Source of the DNA: Candidatus Eiseniibacteriota bacterium
GTDB taxonomy: Bacteria > Eisenbacteria > RBG-16-71-46 > SZUA-252
Assembly: GCA_963703225.1 (NCBI GenBank)
Contig: OY969801.1
Coordinates: 864,001-928,000, forward strand
Direction of reading: 5' to 3'
Length of the DNA: 64,000 bases
Made by a program: the position numbers and the translations under genes. Shown here in pieces: positions 10,538 through 18,814 of this stretch (its first letter is position 1; the number at the start of each line of letters is the position of its first letter). The notes under the pieces were generated by a model, which searched no databases, was not told the origin of the DNA, and was given only the letters and a program-made list of their open reading frames with translations.

Positions 10538-11154
10538 CGCACCACCAAACTCAACACGGCCGCGATCCCGAACGCGGCGATGATCGCGCCTGAGATCCGG
10601 TTCACCCAGATCAGCCGACCGGAATCGAAGCGCGAGCGGAGCAGGCTGACGGCGCCGCTGAGCGTGAGCCACCAGAGCGCCGAGCCGGTAAAGACGCCGA
10701 GGACAAGCGTCGCCGCGACGGCCGGCTCCGGATGCGCGGTGCCAAGCCCGAGTGCCGCGAACACCGCGACGAAGGAGAGGATCGTCATCGGATTGGTCAG
10801 CGTGAGCACGAACGTGGAAGCATAGGCGTTGAAAAGCCCGGTGCCGCGGGCCACGGCGGCCTTCTTGCCCGGCCGGGCGATGAACGTCCGAACCCCGAGA
10901 TAGAGCAGGAAGGCCCCGCCGATCACGCGGATCCATGCCTGTGCGCCCACCAGCACGTCGGTGAGCGCGGTGAGGCCGAAGGCAGCGAGGCATCCGTAGA
11001 TCGCGTCGGCCGAGGCGGCTCCAAGGCCGGTGGCGAGCCCCGCCGCGCGGCCATCCGCCAGGGTGCGTCGGATGCAGAGCACCCCGATCGGCCCGACCGG
11101 GGCCGCGATGGAGAAGCCGATAAGGATGCCGCGAAGCAGAAAGCTCAAGCTCAC
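10534..11154 (-). CDS. LysE-family translocator
   Basis: GFSIAAPVGPIGVLCIRRTL, LTLTNPMTI, GSALWW motifs; AGGAG RBS before GTG 11154. Confidence 0.92.
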   Translation of the reverse strand: MSLSFLLRGILIGFSIAAPVGPIGVLCIRRTLADGRAAGLATGLGAASADAIYGCLAAFGLTALTDVLVGAQAWIRVIGGAFLLYLGVRTFIARPGKKAAVARGTGLFNAYASTFVLTLTNPMTILSFVAVFAALGLGTAHPEPAVAATLVLGVFTGSALWWLTLSGAVSLLRSRFDSGRLIWVNRISGAIIAAFGIAAVLSLVVR

Positions 11155-11160
11155 GCCGGG

Positions 11161-11189
11161 TTGTCTCCTATACGACGGTCGGGTATAAT
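11161..11189 (+). promoter_or_regulatory. Sigma70 promoter of efp
   Basis: TTGTCT-N17-TATAAT. Confidence 0.7.
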
Positions 11190-11231
11190 AATCGGCTCGC
11201 AACGAAATCCCAAGTACGAGGAGACATTTCC

Positions 11232-11789
11232 GTGATCGCGGCGACTCAAGTCAAGGTTGGGATGGTCATTTTGCACAAGGGCCAGCCCCACCGGGTGACC
11301 AACGTGCTCCACGTAACCCCTGGAAACTGGCGGGGGATGGTCCACGCCAAGATGGTCAATCTGGTGACGGGCTCCCAGGCGGAGCACCGGTTCCGCTCCG
11401 AGGATAAGGTGGACCGCGCCGAGCTGGACCACCACCCACTCCAATACCTCTATCGCTCTGGCGACGAGTTCACGTTCATGAACACGGACAACTACGAGAT
11501 GGTGAACGTCCCCGCGGATCATCTGGGCGACGCGGTGAACTATCTGGTCGACGGCATGACCGTCGAGATGTCCTACTTCGAGGGGAAACCGGTCGGCGTG
11601 GATCTCCCGATGTTCGTGGAGCTGGAAATCGTCGAAACCGACCCCGTCATGAAGGGCGCCACCGTCACCTCCTCTCCCAAGTCGGCCAAGATGAATACGG
11701 GCCTCATGACCAAGGTTCCGCAACACATGTCGATTGGGGATCGCGTCAAGATCGACACCCGCGATGGGAGCTTTGTCGAGCGCGTTTAG
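11232..11789 (+). CDS. efp: Elongation factor P
   Basis: LQYLY..FTFMNTDNYE, VELEIVETDP..KGAT, VPQHMSIGDRVKIDTRDGSFVERV; GAGGAG RBS. Confidence 0.95.
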   Translation: MIAATQVKVGMVILHKGQPHRVTNVLHVTPGNWRGMVHAKMVNLVTGSQAEHRFRSEDKVDRAELDHHPLQYLYRSGDEFTFMNTDNYEMVNVPADHLGDAVNYLVDGMTVEMSYFEGKPVGVDLPMFVELEIVETDPVMKGATVTSSPKSAKMNTGLMTKVPQHMSIGDRVKIDTRDGSFVERV

Positions 11790-11811
11790 AGCGATCACGG
11801 GGGCCGTCCTA

Positions 11812-12672
11812 TTGAACGGCGCCCGGCTGCGACCCCGACTCGCGGGCCCGCTCCTCGCAGCCCTCGTCGTTGCCGCTCCATGTGCGGCGGCGCCGACGTT
11901 CACAATCCTCCTTCACGACAGCACGTCCGTCGCGGCCGCGCGCGTCGAGCCATGGCCCCAGGATTATGTCCGCGCATGGAAGGCGGACGGAACGATGCTG
12001 TTCCTCTCGGATCACAGGATCAAATCCATCACGGATGATGCCGGGACCGAATTGACGAAACACGTCCTTCGCGACCGGGCAAGCATCGGCGAGATGCCCA
12101 CCGCGGTCGCCCCGTCCAAGATGAACGTGCATTGCTTCCGGCCCCAGCCGCTGCCCAAGTGCCGGTCGTACTTCGTATTTGACTTTGGGTATGCCTATCC
12201 GCTCGACAAGAGCACTTACTCAACCTCCGCGGACAAGAACGGAGTTGGATCTCTTGATTTGGGGTACATGCGGAATCTGTCGGCGAAGAATGCCGTCGGC
12301 TTCAGCGCCGTCGGCATCGGAACCTCCGGATCGCAGAGGTTCGGAGTTCGGGCACGGTACCGCCGTTGGATTTCGCACTCGCTTGGGTTGGACGGAACCG
12401 CGGGGCTGGTCGTTGTCGGGAACGGGAATGACGCGCATGACTTTGAGTTCCCGGCGCCCATCGCAAGCCTCGGCCTCCAGGCGGGCGGCCTGTTCGGCGT
12501 GACGCTAGAGATGGAGCAGGTCCGGTATCACGCTTTGTTGCCTGGCAACCCGGAGGGTCCAAGTGCGTCGGAAGTTGACTGGCGGGTTGGCGGGCATCTG
12601 GGCTCGGCGGTCGGCGCCGCGGCCACGTTTGGTCTCGCCCTGTTCGCCATCGCCGCGCTCAGTGGGTTTTAG
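11812..12672 (+). CDS. Hypothetical secreted protein, probable beta-barrel C-domain (paralog 1)
   Basis: Signal peptide, amphipathic strands, hydrophobic C-tail; aligns by eye with 12923-13771; more A/T-ending codons than flanking genes. Confidence 0.7.
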   Translation: MNGARLRPRLAGPLLAALVVAAPCAAAPTFTILLHDSTSVAAARVEPWPQDYVRAWKADGTMLFLSDHRIKSITDDAGTELTKHVLRDRASIGEMPTAVAPSKMNVHCFRPQPLPKCRSYFVFDFGYAYPLDKSTYSTSADKNGVGSLDLGYMRNLSAKNAVGFSAVGIGTSGSQRFGVRARYRRWISHSLGLDGTAGLVVVGNGNDAHDFEFPAPIASLGLQAGGLFGVTLEMEQVRYHALLPGNPEGPSASEVDWRVGGHLGSAVGAAATFGLALFAIAALSGF

Positions 12673-12673
12673 A

Positions 12674-12781
12674 CTCGGCGCCAAATTCGGCGGCGAGCTC
12701 AGCGTTCCCGCCATGTTGCTCTCGTTTCTTGTCGTCGGCGCCCTGGTCGAAGAAGCCGGAAGCTTCCGGTACTTGCAGTAG
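12674..12781 (+). pseudogene. Orphan C-terminal fragment of a third paralog
   Basis: LGAKFGGELSVPAMLLSFLVVGALVEEAGSFRYLQ* resembles VGVKLGGEFAIGGFIAALLFGGFHGSRY* of the next gene; no start codon or RBS of its own. Confidence 0.6.
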
Positions 12782-12907
12782 CTGACCCCTGGACCTTTCG
12801 GTCCCCCCGGAGAATCTGGTATGCCAGCGGTGTAGGCACCAGGTGCGGGAGCCCCCCTCCCTGGCCTGCCCAGGGACGGCGCCGCGCTCCCGAGGGACGG
12901 AGGTGCC

Positions 12908-13771
12908 ACGAGACCCTGCTTCTTGCTCCTCACGATCGCCTTGGGGACGCTTGCCGCGGCGCCCTCGGCGGTCGCCGCGGAATATTCCGTGCAAGTCGAG
13001 GAGGCAGGCACTCTCACAGTCGTGCGACTGGAGCCGTGGTCGCTGGGATTCGTCAAAGCGACCCACGTCGACGGTACAACGGAGTACCTCGCCTATCAGA
13101 GAATCCGCTGGATCCGGGACTCCGAAGGGCGCGATCGGACCGCGGATGTCCTCGAACAGAAGAAGATGTTAGGCGACGCCCCTCTAAGTGTCCGCTACCA
13201 GAAGACTCGATACAACGTCCCGTCGCTTCGCGGCAGTCCGCTGCCGATGCGAGAGGTCTTTCCGATTATCCAATTCGGTGTGCTGGTTCCGGCGGGCAGG
13301 GATCCTAGAGGTTTTGAGAACCTGCCCCCCACCGCCACGGTGGAGCTAGGTGCAATGAAGAATCTGAGCAGGAGGTACGGGTTAGGATTTAGTACCTTCT
13401 ATTCAGGTGACGATGACTACGCGCGTATGGGCGTGAAGGCGCGGGTCCGACGCTGGCTGACTCCATCGATCGCTGTCGATGCGGCACCTGGCGTGGTTCT
13501 CACCGAGCGGAGCATTTTCTATTCGACGGATGACGCCGTAGGGTTCGTCGGCGAATTGGCAGTGAGCTTTGCTGATATTCTTGTGGTCACCGGTCAGGCT
13601 GAAACGGTGTCATTCGATCAGTATGTCTGGCACGCGATCGACGATAACTGGTATCCGGTGCACAGAGACGAAATTGCGTGGCATGTTGGCGTGAAGCTCG
13701 GCGGGGAGTTCGCCATAGGCGGTTTCATCGCCGCACTCCTGTTTGGTGGATTCCATGGGTCGCGGTACTAG
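12908..13771 (+). CDS. Hypothetical secreted protein, probable beta-barrel C-domain (paralog 2; start uncertain)
   Basis: Signal peptide (RPCFLLLTIALGTLAAAPSAVAA); EPW..V.A...DGT, LG.M.NLS and GV.AR.RRW blocks shared with paralog 1. Confidence 0.7.
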   Translation, partial: TRPCFLLLTIALGTLAAAPSAVAAEYSVQVEEAGTLTVVRLEPWSLGFVKATHVDGTTEYLAYQRIRWIRDSEGRDRTADVLEQKKMLGDAPLSVRYQKTRYNVPSLRGSPLPMREVFPIIQFGVLVPAGRDPRGFENLPPTATVELGAMKNLSRRYGLGFSTFYSGDDDYARMGVKARVRRWLTPSIAVDAAPGVVLTERSIFYSTDDAVGFVGELAVSFADILVVTGQAETVSFDQYVWHAIDDNWYPVHRDEIAWHVGVKLGGEFAIGGFIAALLFGGFHGSRY

Positions 13772-13810
13772 AGGAATCATCTCAAGACCGCGATTGAGAA
13801 GGGGTCAGGG

Positions 13811-14740
13811 TCACCCCACCTTCCCCAACCTACGCGTGATCTCCCACGCCGCGGTGGCTCCCTGGCCCGCGGCATTCGCGATGGAGGGCCACTCGGGAGA
13901 GCAGACGTCTCCCGCGGCGTAGACCCCGGCCACGCTGGTGGCGCCGCCCAAACCGGCGCGGATATATCCCGAGCGATCGAGCCGGAGCTGTCCCCGCAAT
14001 AGGTCCGTCCGCGGCTGCCATCCGACCCGGATGAAGACGGCGTCCAGCTTCACGACGCGCGCCTTCCCGGAGGCGCCCACGCGGTACTCGATCCCCTCGA
14101 CGCGATCCTCTCCGAGAATTCTCTGCACCCGAGCGTTCCGCACGATCCGAATGTTGGGATCTTTGAGCGCCCGCCGCAGAAAATCCCGCCGCGCCCGGAA
14201 CCGGCCGGTGCGATGGAGCAGCGTCACGGGAGAGCCAACCTCGGAGCAGAGCAGGGCATCCTCCACCGCCGCGGTCCCGCCGCCCACGACCACCACAGGG
14301 CGCCCGGCATACGTGGTCCGGTCCTCATTCGCCGAGACGCTGACACCTCGGCCCAAGAGCTTCGCCTCACCGGGGATGCCGAGCGTCCGCCGCCGCAACC
14401 CGGTCGCGATCAAGAGAGCGCGCGCGTGGTAGCGCTCGGCCCCGCGCTCCACCATCCGCGAGCGCACGCCGATCCGCGTGACGGGGCCGCCAACGAGCAC
14501 CCGCAGCTCGGCCGCGCGGGCGTCGTCCAGAATGCCGCGGGCGATCCGCTCCCCCTGCCAGCCGAAGCCCATGAGGTAGTTGAGAACCGGTGCGTGGATG
14601 TCGTGGAGCTGCCCGCCCGGCTGGAGGGATTCTTCCAGGACGAGATAATCCACGCCGAAGTCGCGGAGCCAGAGCGCCGCGGAGAGACCCGCGACGCCGG
14701 CGCCGATGATCAGCGCTTCGACGCGCTGCCGTCGGGGCAT
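13811..14740 (-). CDS. Thioredoxin-reductase-fold FAD/NAD(P)H oxidoreductase lacking CxxC
   Basis: IIGAGVAG, LIATG, VVVGGGTAAVEDA, GVYAAGDV; GVSVSANED where TrxB has GVSxCATCD. Confidence 0.88.
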   Translation of the reverse strand: MPRRQRVEALIIGAGVAGLSAALWLRDFGVDYLVLEESLQPGGQLHDIHAPVLNYLMGFGWQGERIARGILDDARAAELRVLVGGPVTRIGVRSRMVERGAERYHARALLIATGLRRRTLGIPGEAKLLGRGVSVSANEDRTTYAGRPVVVVGGGTAAVEDALLCSEVGSPVTLLHRTGRFRARRDFLRRALKDPNIRIVRNARVQRILGEDRVEGIEYRVGASGKARVVKLDAVFIRVGWQPRTDLLRGQLRLDRSGYIRAGLGGATSVAGVYAAGDVCSPEWPSIANAAGQGATAAWEITRRLGKVG

Positions 14741-15477
14741 AGTTCTCCCGCCACCTCCCAAAACGTCTTCGGCTCGATTGGCCCCACCCTGTGGCGCCGG
14801 GAAAGCTCGTCCAAGAATCGCTGCCGCTCGGCGAGTCGCTCCGGGACGAGGGCGCTCAACCCTCCGGAGTGGATCCGGATCGTCGCCGAGACCCCGCGAA
14901 CCCGAGCGATCTTCCCGCCGCCGCGGGCCACCCTCAGGAGCCAGTCCCAGTCTTCGGAGTAGACCATCTTGGGATCGAAGAGCCCGAATCGCTCGAACGC
15001 CGCCCGCCGGGCCGCGAAGGAGCTGGGCGGGATGAAGCTGTCACGCCCAAATCGTGCGAGGTCGAAATCGACGCCGAGCACGCGTTTCTCCTCGGTCGCC
15101 TCCTCCACGATCCTCGCGTCGGAGTAGACGACCCACGCATCGGGGTCCCGGTCGAGCGCGTCGGCGAGCTGCCGGACGTGCCCCGGATCCCAGAGGTCGT
15201 CGTCGTCGAGAAATGCGAACGAGTCGGCGCGCGCCGCGGCGATTCCGTTGTCGCGCGCCTGAGCCAAACCCTCGGGGGGGTCGTCCCGCTCCACCAGGAG
15301 GTGCGGAAACTCGAGCTTCTCGAGGACCCCCCGAGCCGCTTCGTCCAGCGGCGCGCCCCCGTCCCGGACCAAGACCAGCTCGATCTCGGAGTGGCTCTGG
15401 CGCGCCACGGATTGGAGCGCCTCCAGAAGAAAGTCGGGGCGGTTTCGCGTGGGGAGGATGACCGAGACCGAAGGCAC
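14710..15477 (-). CDS. Glycosyltransferase family 2
   Basis: VSVILPTRNR, VLVRDG, AFLDDDD, EDWDW motifs. Confidence 0.92.
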   Translation of the reverse strand: MPSVSVILPTRNRPDFLLEALQSVARQSHSEIELVLVRDGGAPLDEAARGVLEKLEFPHLLVERDDPPEGLAQARDNGIAAARADSFAFLDDDDLWDPGHVRQLADALDRDPDAWVVYSDARIVEEATEEKRVLGVDFDLARFGRDSFIPPSSFAARRAAFERFGLFDPKMVYSEDWDWLLRVARGGGKIARVRGVSATIRIHSGGLSALVPERLAERQRFLDELSRRHRVGPIEPKTFWEVAGELCPDGSASKR

Positions 15478-15480
15478 CGT

Positions 15481-16005
15481 TCAGCGTCGCGCTTCGGTTA
15501 CGAATTGGACTTTCTGCTCCACCCCGCGCATCTCGGCGCAGAGGTGGCGTGCCCGGACGACGACCTCGAGTGAGCGGGGCTTGAGCGCCCGCGCCAAGTG
15601 GTCCGCGAGCGCCTGGGTCAATTCCTCTTGAATGCGCGGCAGGAGGGTGAGGTCCCGCACCAAGCGGGCAATCGCCCCGGGGCCGCCGACCTTCTGCCGC
15701 GGCACGTACGAGACCCGCGCCTCGCCAAAGTAAGGGACCAGATGGTGAGGGCAGAGGCCATAGATCGGGATCTCCTCCACGGCGACCGTTTCGCCCCGGC
15801 GCCCGCGGTAGCCGACCGTCGCGATCGGCCGGACCTTCTCCCGAAGCCCCACGGTGCGCTGGACGAGCAAATCGGCGGCCAGCTCGGCGGTGGCGGCATA
15901 GACGGGGTCGCGCCGCGGATCGATGCCAATCGAGCGGAGGAATTTCCGGAACGCGGCGATGTCGGGGGCAGACAGGCGCGGGCGTCGCCTTCGTGTCTGG
16001 CTCAC
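15481..16005 (-). CDS. Divergent GTP cyclohydrolase I (FolE)-like protein
   Basis: CPHHLVPYFG, RIQEELT, ARHLCAEMRGV (Zn ligands kept); GLSK motif and C-terminal helix absent. Confidence 0.8.
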   Translation of the reverse strand: MSQTRRRRPRLSAPDIAAFRKFLRSIGIDPRRDPVYAATAELAADLLVQRTVGLREKVRPIATVGYRGRRGETVAVEEIPIYGLCPHHLVPYFGEARVSYVPRQKVGGPGAIARLVRDLTLLPRIQEELTQALADHLARALKPRSLEVVVRARHLCAEMRGVEQKVQFVTEARR

Positions 16006-16589
16006 AGTCCCAGCGCTCCCGCCTCGCGCTGGAGCGCGGTCAGCACGAACGCGACATGTTCCTCGAGCGGGACGCCCAGCTCGGCGGCGCCCTGCGCGAT
16101 CTCGTCGCGGTTCACCGACCGCGCGAATTCCTTCTTCCGCATCTTTCGCAGGACGGAATCCGCGGTCACCTCCGCGAGCGTCTTCCCGGGCTGCACCAGG
16201 GCGGTGGCGGTGATCAAGCCGCACAGCTCGTCGCTCGCGAAGAGCGCGCGGGCCATCGGCGAGAGTCGAGGGATGCCCGAGTAGGCGGCGTGTCCCAGAA
16301 TCGCCTCGATCATCTCCTTGGGGTACCCGCGCTCCTCGAGGATGCGGCAGCCCACGAAGGGGTGCTCCTGCTTGGTCGGGTGCTTTTCGTAGTCGAAGTC
16401 GTGGAGGAGCCCGGTGACCCCCCAAAGCTCCGCGTCCGCGCCGTGCTTCCGGGCGTACGCGCGCATGGCCGCTTCCACCGCGTAGGCGTGCTTGCGCAGG
16501 CCCGGCCCCTCCGTGTGCTCGTGGAGGAGCGCGAGCGCGGCGTCGCGATTCAAGAGGGCGTCCGGGGACGGCGAGGAATGGGGGGTCAT
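16002..16589 (-). CDS. HD-domain (HDIG-like) hydrolase
   Basis: LRKHAYAVEAAM, GLLHDFDYE, ILGH, ASDELCGLITA, KEFARSVNR motifs. Confidence 0.9.
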   Translation of the reverse strand: MTPHSSPSPDALLNRDAALALLHEHTEGPGLRKHAYAVEAAMRAYARKHGADAELWGVTGLLHDFDYEKHPTKQEHPFVGCRILEERGYPKEMIEAILGHAAYSGIPRLSPMARALFASDELCGLITATALVQPGKTLAEVTADSVLRKMRKKEFARSVNRDEIAQGAAELGVPLEEHVAFVLTALQREAGALGL

Positions 16590-16614
16590 GGGAGCGCCGC
16601 GGCGGCGCTCGAAA

Positions 16615-16643
16615 ATCATAGGGGGGCGCCCGCCGCCTGACAA
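16615..16643 (-). promoter_or_regulatory. Sigma70 promoter of the HD-FolE-GT2-TrxB-like operon
   Basis: Minus strand TTGTCA-N17-TATGAT. Confidence 0.65.
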
Positions 16644-16708
16644 GCGCGTTTGCCCCGGAGCCGGGGCGAGACCGGCGCGGGTCGGGGGCGGGAGGCGCGA
16701 GACTGGGG

Positions 16709-17260
16709 CTAGAGGCTCTTCTTCGTGATGACGGTGGCTCGGATCACCGTCAACGTCTCGGTGCCGGACACCTGTTGGAGCGGCGGCGTGGAGGTGCTGT
16801 CAAAGGTGAGCCGAACCCCGATCCGGGCCGATTCCTGGACCAGCGCCGCGGCGAGGGCCGCGGAGGTCACGTCGGTGCTCACGTTGGTGACGTTGCCCGG
16901 AGTGAGGGCCACCGGCACGCTCGCGATCGGCGTCGTGCTGAACGGATCGGTCGAATCGGCCGACGCGATGTAGATCAGGAGCGTGTCCGCGGCGGTTCCG
17001 GTGGTGTTGTCGAAGGAGGCTTCCAGGTGGAGCGTCGCGGTGGCGATCTCCGTCACGTCCTGGACGCCGGGGAGAAGGTTCACGTTCTGGCTCGCCAGGT
17101 CGATCGAGGTCGCGGGCACGCCGCCCGGCACCGCGTAGCTCTGGGAAACGTCGCCCGGGTCGAGGAAGCTCAGGACGTCGACCGTGAGGATGAGGCTGCG
17201 ATCGCCGCACCCTCCCAGAAGAAGGGGAAGGACGAGAAGGAGTGCCGCCGCGCGACGCAT
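16709..17260 (-). CDS. Hypothetical lipoprotein
   Basis: GGAGG RBS; MRRAAALLLVLPLLLGGC lipobox; Thr/Ser-rich beta domain. Confidence 0.75.
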   Translation of the reverse strand: MRRAAALLLVLPLLLGGCGDRSLILTVDVLSFLDPGDVSQSYAVPGGVPATSIDLASQNVNLLPGVQDVTEIATATLHLEASFDNTTGTAADTLLIYIASADSTDPFSTTPIASVPVALTPGNVTNVSTDVTSAALAAALVQESARIGVRLTFDSTSTPPLQQVSGTETLTVIRATVITKKSL

Positions 17261-17268
17261 CGAGCCTC

Positions 17269-18612
17269 CTAGTAGATCGTGAGGGAAGTGCAGAGCTCCA
17301 GGGCCCGCGCTTCCTCCACGTTCCGCTGATTCGTCCCCAGTGCCCAATCGAGGCCGATGCCGCCGAACCGGTACCCGGCGCCGCCCGTGTATTGCCAGCG
17401 GCTGTTGGAATCCAGGTAGGCGCCGCCCCGGACCGCGAGCGGGCCGAACCATCTCTCGGCCCCCACGTGGATGCCGGTGTAGAGCTCGTTCTTCACCACG
17501 TCGGCGGCGATCGTCGACGGTCCCATCCGCTTCGCGACGTTGAGCGTCGCGGTGTAGGGGATCGTCGACCAGAAACCCTCGCCCTTGGCCTCCTTCACGG
17601 TCGTGAACTCGTTCAGCGAATCGTCGTAGGCGAGGAGATTTCGGGTGGTCGACCAGTGGATGCGGCTCCCGACGTCGCTGACGCCCAGCCCCAGCTCGAA
17701 GTTCCGCCAGAAGAGGACCGTACCCAGGTCGGCTCCGTAGCCGTGACCCATGCCGCTCTGGCTGCCGACGGCGGCGTGGCGCGTATGGCCCGTGAGATCG
17801 ACCGCGACCGGATTGCTGCTCCCGAAGAGGGTGTCGGCCGTGGTGACGCCGCCGTCCGAGTTGATCTGCCCGTAGGCGAGGCCCATCAGGTATTTCGGTC
17901 CGGCGCCCACGTAGAGGGCGGTGGTACCGCTCCGGCGCGGATCGGCGCCCGCGCTTTCGGCCGGGGCCGCGGCGTGCAGCGCGCGAAACGCGGCGCCCGC
18001 CTGGTAGGCGAGCGCTGCCTCCGCGATGCCGTCATCCTCCAGCGCGTAGCGGGTGTTGGCGGCGAACGGCTCCGCGTTCCGAAGCGCGGCCCGGAACCGG
18101 TCGCTCAGGTCGAATTCGTTCCGGACGTGGATGAGCGGGTTGAACTGGACAAAGAAATGGCCGAACTGCTTGCCAATCCCAAAGAGGTGAAAGACCCCGC
18201 CGTACTTGACTGATTCTTGGGGTATCGCCTTCTGGACGTCGGCCAAATCCACCTGAAGCGAGTCCTTGGCCACGAAGATCGAGATGTCGCCCGAGACCGC
18301 GTCGGGCTTGCTGAGCGCCCAGGTCATCGGAGGATTGGCCGCGAGATCCAGGATCTTGAAGACATTGAAGTCGGGGTCGTCGGGATCGAAGGTCGGGGTG
18401 TCGTTCAGGTATTGCACCACGCCGATCGGGAGCGGAATCGAGCCCCACGTCGTCCCCTTGGGCACCGCCCGGAACGCGACGTTCGCGGTGCTGGACGAGC
18501 CGTTGTCGCTGGTCGCCACGCCTCCCATTCCCAGTCGCCGGGCATCCAATACCTGGGCCTCGGCGGAAGCCGCGAAGAGGACGCAGCAAAGTATGGATAC
18601 GAGCACCTTCAT
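17269..18612 (-). CDS. Outer-membrane beta-barrel (FadL/TraF/DUF5723-like)
   Basis: Signal peptide, DARRLGMGG N-terminal plug motif, GYGADLG, VGAE..LAVRGG, C-terminal aromatic residue. Confidence 0.7.
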   Translation of the reverse strand: MKVLVSILCCVLFAASAEAQVLDARRLGMGGVATSDNGSSSTANVAFRAVPKGTTWGSIPLPIGVVQYLNDTPTFDPDDPDFNVFKILDLAANPPMTWALSKPDAVSGDISIFVAKDSLQVDLADVQKAIPQESVKYGGVFHLFGIGKQFGHFFVQFNPLIHVRNEFDLSDRFRAALRNAEPFAANTRYALEDDGIAEAALAYQAGAAFRALHAAAPAESAGADPRRSGTTALYVGAGPKYLMGLAYGQINSDGGVTTADTLFGSSNPVAVDLTGHTRHAAVGSQSGMGHGYGADLGTVLFWRNFELGLGVSDVGSRIHWSTTRNLLAYDDSLNEFTTVKEAKGEGFWSTIPYTATLNVAKRMGPSTIAADVVKNELYTGIHVGAERWFGPLAVRGGAYLDSNSRWQYTGGAGYRFGGIGLDWALGTNQRNVEEARALELCTSLTIY

Positions 18613-18620
18613 CTCTTTAT

Positions 18621-18648
18621 TTATCGGCAGGTTCGCCCATTTCCTTGA
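18621..18648 (-). promoter_or_regulatory. Sigma28 (FliA/WhiG)-type promoter
   Basis: Minus strand TCAAG-N15-GCCGATAA, 8 nt before ATG 18612. Confidence 0.6.
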
Positions 18649-18698
18649 GGCCGGTTGGAAGAGGGGGGAGGGCCGGCATCCTGGGGAGGGCGGGCAAT

Positions 18699-18728
18699 TT
18701 GACCCTTCCGGCGGGCCTGTGGTACCGT
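18699..18728 (+). promoter_or_regulatory. Putative sigma70 promoter of valS
   Basis: TTGACC-N18-TACCGT with TG extension. Confidence 0.4.
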
Positions 18729-18814
18729 AGCTGACTCTCTTGAAAACGCGGCACTTAGGCGCGCCTTCCGGGACCGTCGTGTTGCGAAATTTCAGAGGTA
18801 CATCCCAACCTACA

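Noticed and set aside
12899..12925. ACG start codon for paralog 2 (GGAGGT-gcc-ACG)
   Set aside because: SD spacing is only 3 nt; a miscalled ATG or an indel joining GTG 12903 is equally plausible in this error-prone sequence.
18730..18814. T-box leader for valS
   Set aside because: Leader too short and no T-box consensus or terminator.
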